DNA from: Craspedostauros australis | Taxonomy: Eukaryota | Direction of reading: 5' to 3' | Length of the DNA stretch: 64,000 nucleotides | Assembly: GCA_030167865.1 (NCBI GenBank) | Contig: JALAGF010004074.1 | Coordinates: 1-64,000, forward strand | Notes under the pieces: generated by a model | Databases searched by the model: none | Seen by the model: the letters and a program-made list of their open reading frames with translations, nothing else | What the model was told of the DNA's origin: nothing | Translations under genes and position numbers: made by a program | In this document: in pieces, positions 25,501 through 37,179 of the stretch | Layout of the letters: the number at the start of each line of letters is the position of its first letter | Numbering within the stretch: the stretch's first letter is position 1

Positions 25501-26913
25501 CCGCCCCGCCAGGTCTTCGAGGAGGGAATGCAGGTAGTCAATCGACCCGCCCTTGTCGTTGGCCGTTTGGACCATGTCCAAGCCGCTGCCGTACAAGGTT
25601 TGCCAGAAGGCATCGGCGTCACCTCCGCGATCTGACGACAGGAGCGACGCGTAGGATAGGTAGAGCAAGAGGCCGAACGCCATCATGGTGATGGATTCCG
25701 GAACATCGACGACGTCCACGGTGGAAGGGGATCGGTTGGCATGATGCTGGGTGAGCCTCGTGACGACTTGGGCGGCGGAGTCCGCGACCATGGATCTCAG
25801 CATCTCAATCTCTGCTTCGGCATCTCCCGAGATGAGACCCGTGAGCATCGGGTGCGATTCAACCCAATCCGAATTGTCCTCCAGCACTCTCCAAAGGCTC
25901 ATGCATTCGGCGCAGATCAATCCTGCCAGCTGGGAGAGGCGGCGATTGGCAGTGAAGCCTGTGAAGAACTGCTTGCAGGAGGAGAATGCCACAAGGATGG
26001 CAGCAAAGTCGAATCTGCAGACGCCGCCGTCTATCCGTTGGTAGAGGTAGATGAGCAGCCCCTCCAGGGCTTCGAGCCGCTCCTGCACCTCCAAGCAGGT
26101 CATGATGTGCACGCAATCCGACACGAATGCATTCCACGACTGCATTGATGAGAAGGAGGTGGCGGAGGTGGAGACCTTCGATCGGTTCTCGCGCAGCTTC
26201 TTCATCGGTTCGAACTGATGGCGCGCTGGCGGATCGTTGGGTTTGCAGGCCAGGAAGAGGAGACGTCGGAAGATGCCCCGCTTCTTCCCGCCATCAATGT
26301 CGTAGGCGTCATCGAGGTTCTGCAGCATGGCGGCAGAGTCCTGGTTGTCCACGCTGTCGTCCTGTTCCAGCCGCAGGGCCTCCGTGAGCACTCCCAACCG
26401 GGCCAGACGCTGCTGATGGTGATAGCGCAGCGTCTTGAGCAGCAGCTCTCTCGTCCCCATGAGCTCCTGCAGCCGCGATCCGTCCGTGTCGATGGAGCGC
26501 AGCGCGCTCATGGTGACCTCGACGGCGCGGCTTTCGGACAAGCGCAGCAAGGCCGAGACCGCAGCGAGGTGGCTCCTGCCGTCCTCCGATTGGAAGGCCC
26601 CCGGCTGGTTTCCCTTCGCGGCGCCACCGCCGTTGGATTGTCCGGCCGGCACGATGGCCAATGCCGTCTGCACGGTCTGGATGGCGCCGCGCTGAAACCG
26701 AAATCCCCTGCGTTCCAGATCCCTGCAGATGCCGTTCCAGAAGGCGGATTCCGCATCCGCGTGCACGTCCTCCTCCATGCGCACTGCGAGGTTGGCCAGC
26801 CGGTTGGAGGCCTCGTCTCGCATCTGCGGCATCACGATCAGCCGCCACGTCTCCTCATCGTCCTCCTGGAACAGGTGGCTCTTGTTGCCGTCGTTTGCGA
26901 GTGCCAGCGTCAT
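19516..26913 (-). CDS. Very large alpha-helical protein (~2340 aa), possibly nucleoporin Nup188-like; exons 26913..22153, 21789..19516
   Basis: Two long ORFs joined in frame by a GTGAGT..CAG intron (22152..21790). Leu-rich solenoid character; N-terminal 'LLRLSESRAVE...RYHHQQRLARLGVL' recalls Nup188. The family call is tentative. Confidence 0.5.
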
Positions 26914-27431
26914 GCTGTTGTCGTTGTGGGTGTTGTTGGCAATGTTGTTGGCAATGTTGTTGGTATTGATGCTGACAGCAGATGTGAATGTGAATGTGGG
27001 GCTGCTCACTCGAGTCTCCCCTTGCTTTGTTGTCTTTGTTGTCTTTGGTCTCTTGGTGTGGTTTCAAACCCCTGGATCGTCAAATGTTGCAGCCAACAAG
27101 GACGTGAGGGGCTTCGGATTGGTTTTGGCGTCGATTTCAGTCCGGATAGTCGATTTTGATGGTGCGATTTAGATATCCCACACATATAGTATCAATGTTG
27201 GAGATTTCAGTACTATGGTGAAAATTCCAATACTGTGGAGATATCCTATTGAAAGGATATCAGTGAAACGAGAACGAATCTTCGCGATTGGCGGGAAAAC
27301 GAAGAAAACAAGAAGACCACACATGTCTGCAGAGAACATCCACGCTCTCCGTCATTCCGATCAAACATCAAGAGAGCATCACAATTCCAACAAGCAATCC
27401 AACAAGCAATCCAATCGCAATAGCAATAGCA

Positions 27432-28217
27432 ATGACGACGACAACGAGCAATCCACCAACGACGTTGATCTTCGACGTGGACGACACGCTGTACGACGTG
27501 GGAACGGGCTTCACTGCCCACCGCAACGGCGACGCAGCGCAGCAGTTCATGGTGGACTACCTCGACTTCCCGGATCTGGCAACGGCCAAGGCGATCCGCG
27601 ATGAGTACTTCGAGCGCTACCACGCCACCGCCAAGGCCCTCACAGTGGCGGAGCAGGAGGGACGCTTCCCACCCCCCAAGGAAGGCGCCTCCACTCCGCG
27701 ATTCCGCACGCAAGATCTGTCCGAATACTGGGCCAGCAACCTCAACTTCGACATGCTGGGCGGCGTGAAGCAGCAGCTGCTCGACGACTTGAAGGCCTGC
27801 CCGCTCAAGCTCGTGGCATTCTCGAACGGCCCGCGCAAGTACGTCAAGCGCGTGCTGCAGCAGCTGGGGCTGTGGGAGCTGTTCGGCGAGGAGCGGTTGT
27901 TCGCCGTCGACGACGTGCTGCCGTACTGCAAGCCCGAGAAGGAGGCCTTCGAGAAGATCTTCCAGCGCGTCGGCGTGCGGGCCGAGGAGTGCGTGCTGTT
28001 CGAGGACAGCATGAAGAACATCCGCCGCGCCAAGGAGCTGGGCGTGCGCACCGTTCTCATCACGGGCACAAGAGGGCAGCATGCGGATGCGGCCGAGGAT
28101 ACCAAGCCAGGCGATGCGCCCATGGCCGACGATCCGGCGGTCGATCATGCCATGGAACGCATTGAGGAAATGCGACAGAAGCTGCCAGGTTTGTGGGAGA
28201 CTCCCGCCAAGTTTTGA
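27432..28217 (+). CDS. HAD-superfamily hydrolase, pyrimidine 5'-nucleotidase (SDT1/PHM8-like)
   Basis: LIFDVDDTLY motif I, FSNG, CKPEKEAF, FEDSMKNI. Confidence 0.85.
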   Translation: MTTTTSNPPTTLIFDVDDTLYDVGTGFTAHRNGDAAQQFMVDYLDFPDLATAKAIRDEYFERYHATAKALTVAEQEGRFPPPKEGASTPRFRTQDLSEYWASNLNFDMLGGVKQQLLDDLKACPLKLVAFSNGPRKYVKRVLQQLGLWELFGEERLFAVDDVLPYCKPEKEAFEKIFQRVGVRAEECVLFEDSMKNIRRAKELGVRTVLITGTRGQHADAAEDTKPGDAPMADDPAVDHAMERIEEMRQKLPGLWETPAKF

Positions 28218-28456
28218 TAACACTGAAATACTATTGTATCAATAGTATGGTACGAACACCATTTTACTTTTGATGAGAGTTCAATGCGATTGTTTCAAGC
28301 ATGACTAATGTGCTCAACAATGCTCGTGGAGTGGAGCGCTCAAGCAGAGCGTAGAGCCATACTACTTGTATTTTGTTATGCTGTCGTGCTTCGCCAATAT
28401 CCCACGAGTTCATTGTGCTTGTGCTACTTCGCCTACCTGATTTCAGCGTTCTGTGC

Positions 28457-29689
28457 TCAGCGCTCATTCATGGATCGTCGGATGGCCTCGGCAATCATTT
28501 CCTCCTCCGTCTGATCTTGGTCATTACCGCTGTTGGCATTGCCGCCTCCTGCGGTACCACCGGATCCAGGTTGCTGTTGCTGCTGCTGCTGCTGCGGGGC
28601 TCCTGGCTGAGGGAACCCGTTTGCCGGTGGAAAACCAGGCATGCCACCGAGACCTGGCATGCCGCCGCCGCCCAGCGCATTCATCATCTGCGCGCGCGTG
28701 TTCGGATCCCTCATCATCTGGCTCAGCTGCGACAGCATGGCCGGGTTCGAAGCGATTTGCTGCATCGACTGACGCGCCATGGGGGAGATGTTGGGATCGT
28801 TCTGAATCATCTGCTGCACCATCGGGTTCTGCAGCATGCTCTGCAAAGCCTCCGGGTTGGACATCATGTTGGCCATGGCGCTCTGCACCTGCGGGTTGCT
28901 CATGTCGGTATTGGCAAACCCGCCGGCCGGTGGCATTCCAAACCCGCCTGCGAGGTTGGGCATCATGCCTGGCGTTGCCACGGGTGCTGCCTTCGCGTCC
29001 TTCGCGGCCTGTTCCATCATGGCCTTGGCAGCCGTCAGCCTGGGCCATGCCTCCGGCGTCGGCGTCATGATGTAGCTCTCCACACCGTCCACGGGTTCCA
29101 CCACGAAGCCAGCAGCCCTCATGGCGGCATCGCCACCGGCGAGACCACCCAGACGCTTCTGGAATGCCGCATTTCCCTTCTTCAGCTTGCGGTACTTCTC
29201 CTCCATCGGATTCGATATGATCTTGTCCAGGATCTTCTCCAAGGTTGTCACGGCCGTGAGGAAAGTGGCGGGTGGGTTGGACTGTTTCAGCGTGTTGATC
29301 GCTGCTTGGAGCGGGTCCACGGCTGGTGCCGCTGTTGCTGTTGCTGCAGCTGCCGTTGTCGTGGGTGCTGTCGCTGTAGCCGCTGTCGTAGACGCCGTTG
29401 CAGACGCTGCCGCAGCTCCCTGAGCATCCGCATCGGGCTTCCCCATGCAATGGATGACGCAGTCCTTCTCGAGCTTGAATTCTGAAATGACCTGATTGGC
29501 ATCATCGTCCTTGATCATCTTGCCTCGGTAGATCAGCCGCAATCCAGACAGCGGGATCTTGGTGACCTCGCTCACCTGCTTGCGAAGCTGGGTGGCGGTC
29601 GTTTGCGTTGGCACGGTCAGCGCCTTCCTGGCGCCCTGCATCGCGGTGATCGTCACGAAGACGTCCAATCCTTCTCCTTCGTCCGCCAT
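28457..29689 (-). CDS. Ubiquitin-like / PUB / STI1 / UIM domain protein
   Basis: N-terminal UBL ('LRLIYRGKMIKDD'), PUB ('NPMEEKYRKLKKGNAAFQKRL...AAGF'), Met/Gln/Asn-Pro STI1 repeats, C-terminal UIM ('EEEMIAEAIRRSM'). Confidence 0.8.
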   Translation of the reverse strand: MADEGEGLDVFVTITAMQGARKALTVPTQTTATQLRKQVSEVTKIPLSGLRLIYRGKMIKDDDANQVISEFKLEKDCVIHCMGKPDADAQGAAAASATASTTAATATAPTTTAAAATATAAPAVDPLQAAINTLKQSNPPATFLTAVTTLEKILDKIISNPMEEKYRKLKKGNAAFQKRLGGLAGGDAAMRAAGFVVEPVDGVESYIMTPTPEAWPRLTAAKAMMEQAAKDAKAAPVATPGMMPNLAGGFGMPPAGGFANTDMSNPQVQSAMANMMSNPEALQSMLQNPMVQQMIQNDPNISPMARQSMQQIASNPAMLSQLSQMMRDPNTRAQMMNALGGGGMPGLGGMPGFPPANGFPQPGAPQQQQQQQQPGSGGTAGGGNANSGNDQDQTEEEMIAEAIRRSMNER

Positions 29690-30285
29690 CTTTCACTTCT
29701 CTTCTTCAATTGCAATGTCTGTTGGTAATATGATGATGGTGATGACAATGATGACAACGATGATGATGGCGAAGGTTGTGTCGACCGATTTCGTTCTATG
29801 GTGGCTCTTCGTCGTGTTCCGCCGATGATGGACAGCAACACGTTTCACCATCGTGGTTGTTGTTTCTCTCGTTCTTCCTCGGAAGTCATCGCCATTCGTG
29901 AACATGCAAGACCAAAAGCCACACTAGTCGACTCGTTCGATCAATGTCAACACCTACTATTCGGAATCTAGATAGAAATAGAAGAGACCGCCACTGCCGT
30001 GACAAACATCGCAACTACGTGTACTCTGCTCTCGAGTCGTACTCGTCCACCATGCAAATCTTCATTATGTACTCAACGTCATGCCTCGCCACAACGACTG
30101 AAGTGCCCTCTGGAGAGACAGGATTTGTGGAGTATAAAGTAGGAGTGCTTGTGTATTGTGTGGTTCATCCGTTCATCCGTTCATTGCTTGAGTTTGGAAG
30201 TGGCAGCAAAGCAGAGCACAGCTTGTGCCAATACTCACACTCCACCATGCAAGTGTGCCAAACGAACGAACACACAAACAAACAA

Positions 30286-32554
30286 CTATGCTACCTCCTC
30301 CACCGACCATGGATTGGTATCGGTGAACTCCGACATAGGATCCGCCAGGAGCTTGTCATGCGGCAGCATCTCCGTCGTCGTCCGGAAGGATCGCTCCGTT
30401 GACGACAATCCCAAATTCGTGGCGCGCGAACTGTAGAGACACGCGTAGTTCTCGACGTAGAATCCAAACCGCGAATCCTGATAGCCCGCGTTGAAGATGG
30501 CGCCCCATATTGGATGGAAGGCGCCGTGCCATTGTTCCAGCATGGAACTCAGACGCGATTTGATGGCGGCGTCGTCCTCATCGAGTTCCGCCAGGATGGT
30601 CTGCACATTCAGATCCTGCAGGTCGCCGTGCTGGCGCACGCGCTCACCGTACAGGCCCAGCTCCGATCGCAGCTTGCGCAGCCGTCGGATCTTGCGCATC
30701 AGCGGGATGCCGTGGCTGAAGGTGCGGATCTCGTCGTCGAGCTCGGGCATGATGAACATGGATCGCCATCCCAGCGTGCGCTTGGATCGCAGGACGTCGG
30801 CGTAGAGATGATCGCCCACGTACATGATCTCCTCGCCGACATCGACCTCCAGCATGCGCTGCAGATGTCGCCAGTTGCCGCCTTGGAAGACTTTGCCCAT
30901 CTTGAGAAATTTCTTCACACCGTCGGGTCCCAACGCGTCGATTTCGTAGATTCCGTCCGTGTTCCTCAGCGAACCATTCGCCATGTCGACGCGGAACAGC
31001 TGCAGGTACGGATCCAGCATGAAGGCGGGCTTGCAGCTACCGCAAATGACAATATCAAACAGCTCCGTCCATTCGTTCTTCGTGTACAGTTCTCCCTCGA
31101 CCTTCTTCTCATGGTACAGGTAATTCATGGCGGTGGAGGTGTACTCCCAGTGCGAGTTGGTCAGCAGGAAGAGCTTGACGCCCGCCTCACGATACCGCTT
31201 CAGCATGGGGACCAGGCCTCGATCCAGCACGATGTACTTCTCTGGGTTCTTGGCCACCTCATCCTTGATGACTCCATCGCGGTGGCACAGATCGACGCAT
31301 TCTCGGATCTGACGGTACATCTCCTCGTAGGTTTTGAGGTCGAGGAATTCGTGCTCGCCGTCGTCCTTGAGCTGGATGAGGAGGGCGAACAGGTGCGCGT
31401 CGACGAATTGGAAGAGGGTGTCCATGTTGATGAAGGACTTCTCGGTGAAGCTCATGACCTTGTTGAAGGTCTTGGAGTAGATGAGCTTGCGCGTTCTGGA
31501 GGAGATCTTTTCCACGCCATGGTACGCGACGCGGACATACTTGTGCCGATCGATTTTGAGGAAGTTACCGCGTTGGATGTCGATGATGAGTCCGCGGGCC
31601 CATCTCTGTTCATCGATTGAGTTTTGCGTTGCGTTTGGATAGAAGTTGAAGTAGCACATTTTTGGACGAAGCAGCGCAATGCAGTTCAGTGTATATTTTG
31701 TGATGGATGATACAGCTGATGGTGTGAGTAACCAAGGTACGTTTGATTGTAGCAACGACACAGATGGAAATGACAGTGCCAAAGCCAATGGAACTTACAG
31801 CAACAACAGCATCAGCATCAGCATCAGCAACAGCGGTGAACACAGTCACAAACACCTCAACCTGTATTGAATTGGAGTGCATGGACACCACCTATCATCA
31901 AGACCAGCAGATGGGCACACTGGCGAGCAAATCAAAATGCATACGTGAATGAATGACACGCACCGTGTGATCGTATTCGAAATTCAGGACCTCCTCGGGG
32001 TAGCCCATCTTGTGGACGAGCTTCTCCTTCGCTCCATCGAATGCCAGCTTGTCAAATGCCGGTTGCTGGTACTGCGCCAGCGTGTAATCCATATCGAACC
32101 CGATAGCCCGGATTTCGGACATGTTCAACTCGCGATTGCAGAAGACGTCGTAATTGCTGACGGAGCGCTTATCGTCGAGGGCACCCAAGTGACGCAGCTT
32201 GCCTTCGAGGCCGACGGCAGATATGAGGGCATCAAATCGACCCGGTTCGGTGGCGGCGACGCCGTTGGGCGCTACGACATCTCCATCGATGTCGTCAAAG
32301 TCGGATGGATCGACCGTGAGGACGAGATCGGCGCCGTTGAGACGTTGTTCCGCATCTTCGTCGCTGTCGACATCATAGCTGGAACCGGATTGATGCATGC
32401 ACATGCTGGTGCTTCGTGTCGTCATGGTATGTGTCGTCATGGTATGACTGGCACCGAAGGCGGCCATCCGTTTACGAGCGGCCGTGTGGACGAAGGCATG
32501 CGCATTGCGTGCCGCGAAGGCGATGAGGAGACTATGCAACGTGATGGTTCTCAT
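30286..32554 (-). CDS. cN-II/NT5DC-family HAD 5'-nucleotidase, probably plastid-targeted; exons 32554..31964, 31605..30286
   Basis: IGFDMDYTLAQY, LLTNS, KP and YVGDHLYAD motifs. Signal peptide ending AHA-F. Phase-0 intron GTGCGT..CAG. Confidence 0.85.
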
Positions 32555-33411
32555 GGTTGCCGTCTCTGGTCAGTGCGTTCGTGCGTGAGCGTGTGGTTTT
32601 GTTTCTGTTTGAGTATTGGTATGGCAATGATGTCTGCTCTTTGGATTTGTGCAATACGACTAGATGGGTGGGATCCAAGATCGGCCTCCTTTGACAACCG
32701 ATGCCGATCAGCAGTGTTGGAACGGAATGTTCTGACGAATGAATGACACGACGGAAGCAATGGACCGATTGATTGATTGATCGATTGATCGATCGATTGG
32801 ACCTGGCTTTGGCAGTGAATGACAGAAGGGTGTGTGGACCCACGGTGATTATGAATCTTCCACAAGGTGGCCCAGAGTACGATCAGTCTTCCTGGATGCT
32901 GGAAGTGCGAGCTACCTATGAATCCTTCCAGATGTTGGGGGCTGTGTGAAGGCGTTGCTTTGTGTGGAGTTGTCAACCAATACTCGTTCATCCAATTACC
33001 GTGGCGCGCGGAGATGTTTGTCGAGTGGTGGCGTCGTCGTTTGATGTTTTCTTGTGTGTGCGTCACGGCAGATTCCGATTCCGAGAATCTTGCTTCAATG
33101 ACATTCGTGACGTCACGACGTGTCCTCATTCGTTCATTCTCCACACGTCGTTGTGTTGCTTCAATCAGTCACGTTCGTGTTTGCAATCACGAATCAATCG
33201 CCACAAACACCTCGCGCATCACGATCATCTCTCCCACCGCGACGATCCATCACCGAACACAACACACATGACCCACCGTTCGACGCTTCTCTCGCACCGA
33301 CCAAACATCTCTCGTACGTGCGCTCGGATGTACTCATGGGTCCATCCCTCTCTTTCATTATTGACAACTATTGTATCATAATAGAACACTTGGCCAATCG
33401 CATCCACGAGA

Positions 33412-34533
33412 ATGGGACGCAACAACAAGAAGAAGACGTCGAAGAAGAAGCAGCGTTCGAAGCGCACTTCTGCATCGAACTCGCAGTCACAATCATCGTC
33501 GTCGGTAGCTGCCACCAACTTCGTCAACTCCGCTGGTCCGGGATGCTACATCATCCGACAGGATCTGCGGCCACAACCACCTTGGTTCATCGAGTGGGAG
33601 GCCGTGGACGTCGATGACTTTGCGGATTGCCTCGACGAGATTCCGGATATCGCCATCGACGCGGATCAGCACACGCTGACGGTCTGCAATATCCAAACGG
33701 AAACAACGCAGATATCGTACGTCACCGTCTACGACGCACAGATCGTCGGCGCCGACGGCCAATCCTTGCCGCAGGGTACGACGATCACGAACGACGGCGA
33801 GCAATCCTCGTGCGTCACCTTCATCGTGCTGAGCCCGCCGCAGACCTTTGCGCATCTCTGCTACGTCTACCACGAGGCCGAGCTGCGCATTGAGAGCGAC
33901 GTGCGGGCCTGGTCGCAGCATCCCAATCCCAACGACCTGCATGCGCATCCTCTCGGATTTCCGTTGCAGGATGGACCCTTCCTGTGCACGCAAGGCGAGA
34001 ATGGCATGCTGACGCATTTCTTTTCGGGCAATCTGCACGCCATCGACTTTGCCTGTCCGGTCGGCACCCCGTTGCTGGCCGTGGCCGATGCCATCGTGGT
34101 GGAGGCGCAGGATGGCAACACCTTGACGGGCATTGCCGTTACCAACCTCTTTCAATGGAACAGCGTTATGCTTCAAATTCAAACGAAGGGCAAAGACGAG
34201 GGCAGCAACGACGACGACAATGGTGATCTCTTCGTGGAGTACGTGCACATACAGAAGAGCCATGTGAAGGTCGGCGACCGTGTTTCCAAGGGCGACATCG
34301 TTGCGTTGAGCGGCAGCGTTGGTTTCAGTCCTGAACCGCACTTGCATTTCAGCGCGTTTCGAACGTCGCAGACGGATGCACCGACTGTGCGGGTGAGGTT
34401 CGCACCCCGTCCTGAGGTAGATGCAGACAATGCTGAAGGCAAGGCACGGCAACCGCAGAGACATGCGACGTTTCTGCCGCAAGCTGGTCGGTGGTACGAT
34501 GCGAGCGGCGAAGTTTCGCGACCAAGATCTTGA
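33412..34533 (+). CDS. M23/LytM-family zinc metallopeptidase domain protein
   Basis: 'HAIDFACPVGTPLLAVADAIV', 'YVHIQKSHVKVGDRVSKGDIVALSGSVGFSPEPHLHF' with the HxH zinc ligand. Confidence 0.8.
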   Translation: MGRNNKKKTSKKKQRSKRTSASNSQSQSSSSVAATNFVNSAGPGCYIIRQDLRPQPPWFIEWEAVDVDDFADCLDEIPDIAIDADQHTLTVCNIQTETTQISYVTVYDAQIVGADGQSLPQGTTITNDGEQSSCVTFIVLSPPQTFAHLCYVYHEAELRIESDVRAWSQHPNPNDLHAHPLGFPLQDGPFLCTQGENGMLTHFFSGNLHAIDFACPVGTPLLAVADAIVVEAQDGNTLTGIAVTNLFQWNSVMLQIQTKGKDEGSNDDDNGDLFVEYVHIQKSHVKVGDRVSKGDIVALSGSVGFSPEPHLHFSAFRTSQTDAPTVRVRFAPRPEVDADNAEGKARQPQRHATFLPQAGRWYDASGEVSRPRS

Positions 34534-34945
34534 TCACAATCATCGTGAATATGATCGAAATTGCAGAGAAGCGAATATAGAATAGAGCACAGCAGGAAAA
34601 GGAATAGGATAGGAGTAGGAACAGGAGTGTGGTCTTCTATTGCACAATCTGCGGGGGTGCAACGGGGTCATACCTACGGTATCCGACCAGAACGCGAGTC
34701 CTTTCCCGTTCCTGTCTCATGTCCTTCGTTGAAAATTGTCTGTCCTTCGCACGAACTGACGCAGAAAGAAGCCAATCAACACGGGAAGATCACGGAGTTT
34801 CTGTGTTGGAGGCAACAACCGTGATGTTCTGTCACCAAATGGCACATTTCGCCGCATCTGCAACAACATCCATCATCTCACCAATCACAGCATCCACAAA
34901 TTGTGGTCCCAACCTGAAACCCACAACTCCACACAAAACAACACC

Positions 34946-36871
34946 ATGAAGATCACCGCAGGCACATCGCGGACATGCCGCAGAACAACATCGCTCGCCA
35001 TCATTGCAGCGTCTGCTTTGTGCTCACACACAACAGATGCATTCACAGCCTCGACCATTCGCAATGCTCCGGCGTCTTCCGCGCTCCACATCGCCACCGA
35101 CGATGCCAACATCCCAGCAGCAGTACAGCAGGGATCGTTGCACAGCAAAGATCCGGAGCTTGCCCGTATGCTGTCTGGCGAAGATGAGCGCCAGCGGAAG
35201 GGATTGGAATTGATCGCGTCTGAGAACTTTGTCAGCGAGGCCGTGCGTGAAGTGTTGGGCAGTTGCTTGACGAATAAGTACAGCGAAGGGTCGGGTGAGT
35301 TTGCATGCAGCGGAAGAGCAGGCTCGCATTGCATTGCCAGTCGTCTGCGAGTATGTGCCATCTGTGGTCTGCCATCTGTGGTCTGCCATCTGTGGTCTGC
35401 CATCTGAATTCTGATTGGCATCGTATTAACACGCAAATTGGAGCTCTGCTCGAGTCGACTCTCTCTCCTCCATCATCATCATCATTATCATCATCATCTC
35501 TCCCTTTCTCACAGCGTTGCACAACCACCTTCCATGCCCTATCCCACTCTACTCCACTCTGGTCTATTCTCATCTACTCGAACATGCTTTGGTCAATGGC
35601 ATGCAGTCGGTCGTAGATACTACGGAGGCAACGATTACATCGATCAGATCGAAAGCCTTTGCATGCGACGCGCGTTGTCCCTCTTCGGCCTGAAGGATGA
35701 TGAATGGGGTGTCAACGTCCAGCCATACTCCGGATCGCCCGCGAACTTCGCAGTCTACACCGCCCTGCTGCAACCCCACGATCGCATCATGGGGCTGGAC
35801 CTGCCATCCGGCGGACATTTGACGCACGGATTCCAAACGGCCAAAAAGAAGGTCTCCGCCACCAGCGTCTACTTCGAGAGCATGCCGTACGTCGTGGATG
35901 CCGAAACGGGCCTCATCGATTACGACGACATGGCGCGGCGTGCCAAGATGTTCCTGCCCAAGCTGCTCGTGGCCGGCGGTTCGGCCTATCCGCGCGAATG
36001 GGATTACGCGCGTCTGCGCGATATTGCGGATTCAGTCGGCGCCCTGCTCATGGTGGACATGGCGCACATTTCGGGTCTCGTGGCCGGCGGCGTCGTGCAG
36101 AGTCCCTTCCCGTATGCCGACGTCGTCACGACCACGACGCACAAGACCTTGCGCGGACCGCGCTCCGGCATGATCTTTGGCAAGCGCGAGTTTATGGATC
36201 GTATCGACGCCGCCGTGTTCCCGTCGTTGCAGGGCGGACCGCACAATCATCAGATCGGGGCGTTGGCGGTGGCCCTGCTGGAAGCGTCGCAGCCGGAGTT
36301 TCGGCAGTACGCTCAGAACGTGATTGCCAACGCCAAGGCGCTGGCGAATGGATTGCAGAAGCGCGGGCATACCCTGGCGACCGGCGGTACCGACAATCAT
36401 CTCATATTGTGGGATGTGCGATGCAAGGGACTGACGGGCTCCAAGGTTGACAAGGTGCTGGACATGGTCAGCATCACGGCCAACAAGAACAGCATCCCCG
36501 GCGACGTCTCGGCGATCAACCCGGGCGGAGTGCGATTGGGAACGCCGGCGTTGACGACTCGTGGATTGGATGAGGATGACTTCGATGTCGTTGCGGAACT
36601 GCTGCATCGTGGCTTTGAGATTGCGTTGCGGGCCAACGCCATCGCAGCATCAGAAACGGAAAGCACAGAGGCACATATGACAACAGATGCAGATGTACAT
36701 GCAGATGCAGAATCAGGCAAACCCAAGAAGAAGGTGCTGCTGAAGGATTTCATGAAGGTGCTTCGCAACAATGAGGAGATCATCGATGCCCTGGAGGATC
36801 TGTGGAATGACGTCGAGGACTTTGCTATTCACTTCGACATGCCAGGCGGTGAACAGTATCGGCCAACGTAA
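34946..36871 (+). CDS. SHMT: Serine hydroxymethyltransferase, probably plastid-targeted; exons 34946..35294, 35607..36871
   Basis: [31 protein letters not shown] lysine [12 protein letters not shown]. Signal peptide ending TDA-F. Confidence 0.95.
35357..35406 (+). repeat. 14-bp tandem repeat (GCCATCTGTGGTCT) x3.5 in the SHMT intron
   Basis: Seen directly. Confidence 0.9.
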
Positions 36872-37179
36872 CACATTCTCGAGAATATTGTAGCATTGCG
36901 TCCTTGAAGACCTCAGTATTGCCAATCTATATTGCCAATCTATAATGGCACTCTGTACTGTCGCTGTTGCTATTGTTGCGATGGATGGTTTCGTTGTAAT
37001 TACACTGTTTCTCTTCTTGTTATTCGTCCTGTTACTACTTTCAATGTTGTTCATCTGCTGCTTGCCCCAAAATATGGCGCTGGTGCATTTTGCTTCAGTT
37101 GCTTATCGTTGCAACTCAAGCATGGCACGAGCTGCTATTCCTTGCACACATCTTCAATGCATGTCATGTTGCCTCGATT

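Noticed and set aside
35357-35406. Short tandem repeats as a CRISPR-like array (also near 41334, 45880, 26927)
   Set aside because: No spacers, eukaryotic context; simple mini- or microsatellites.
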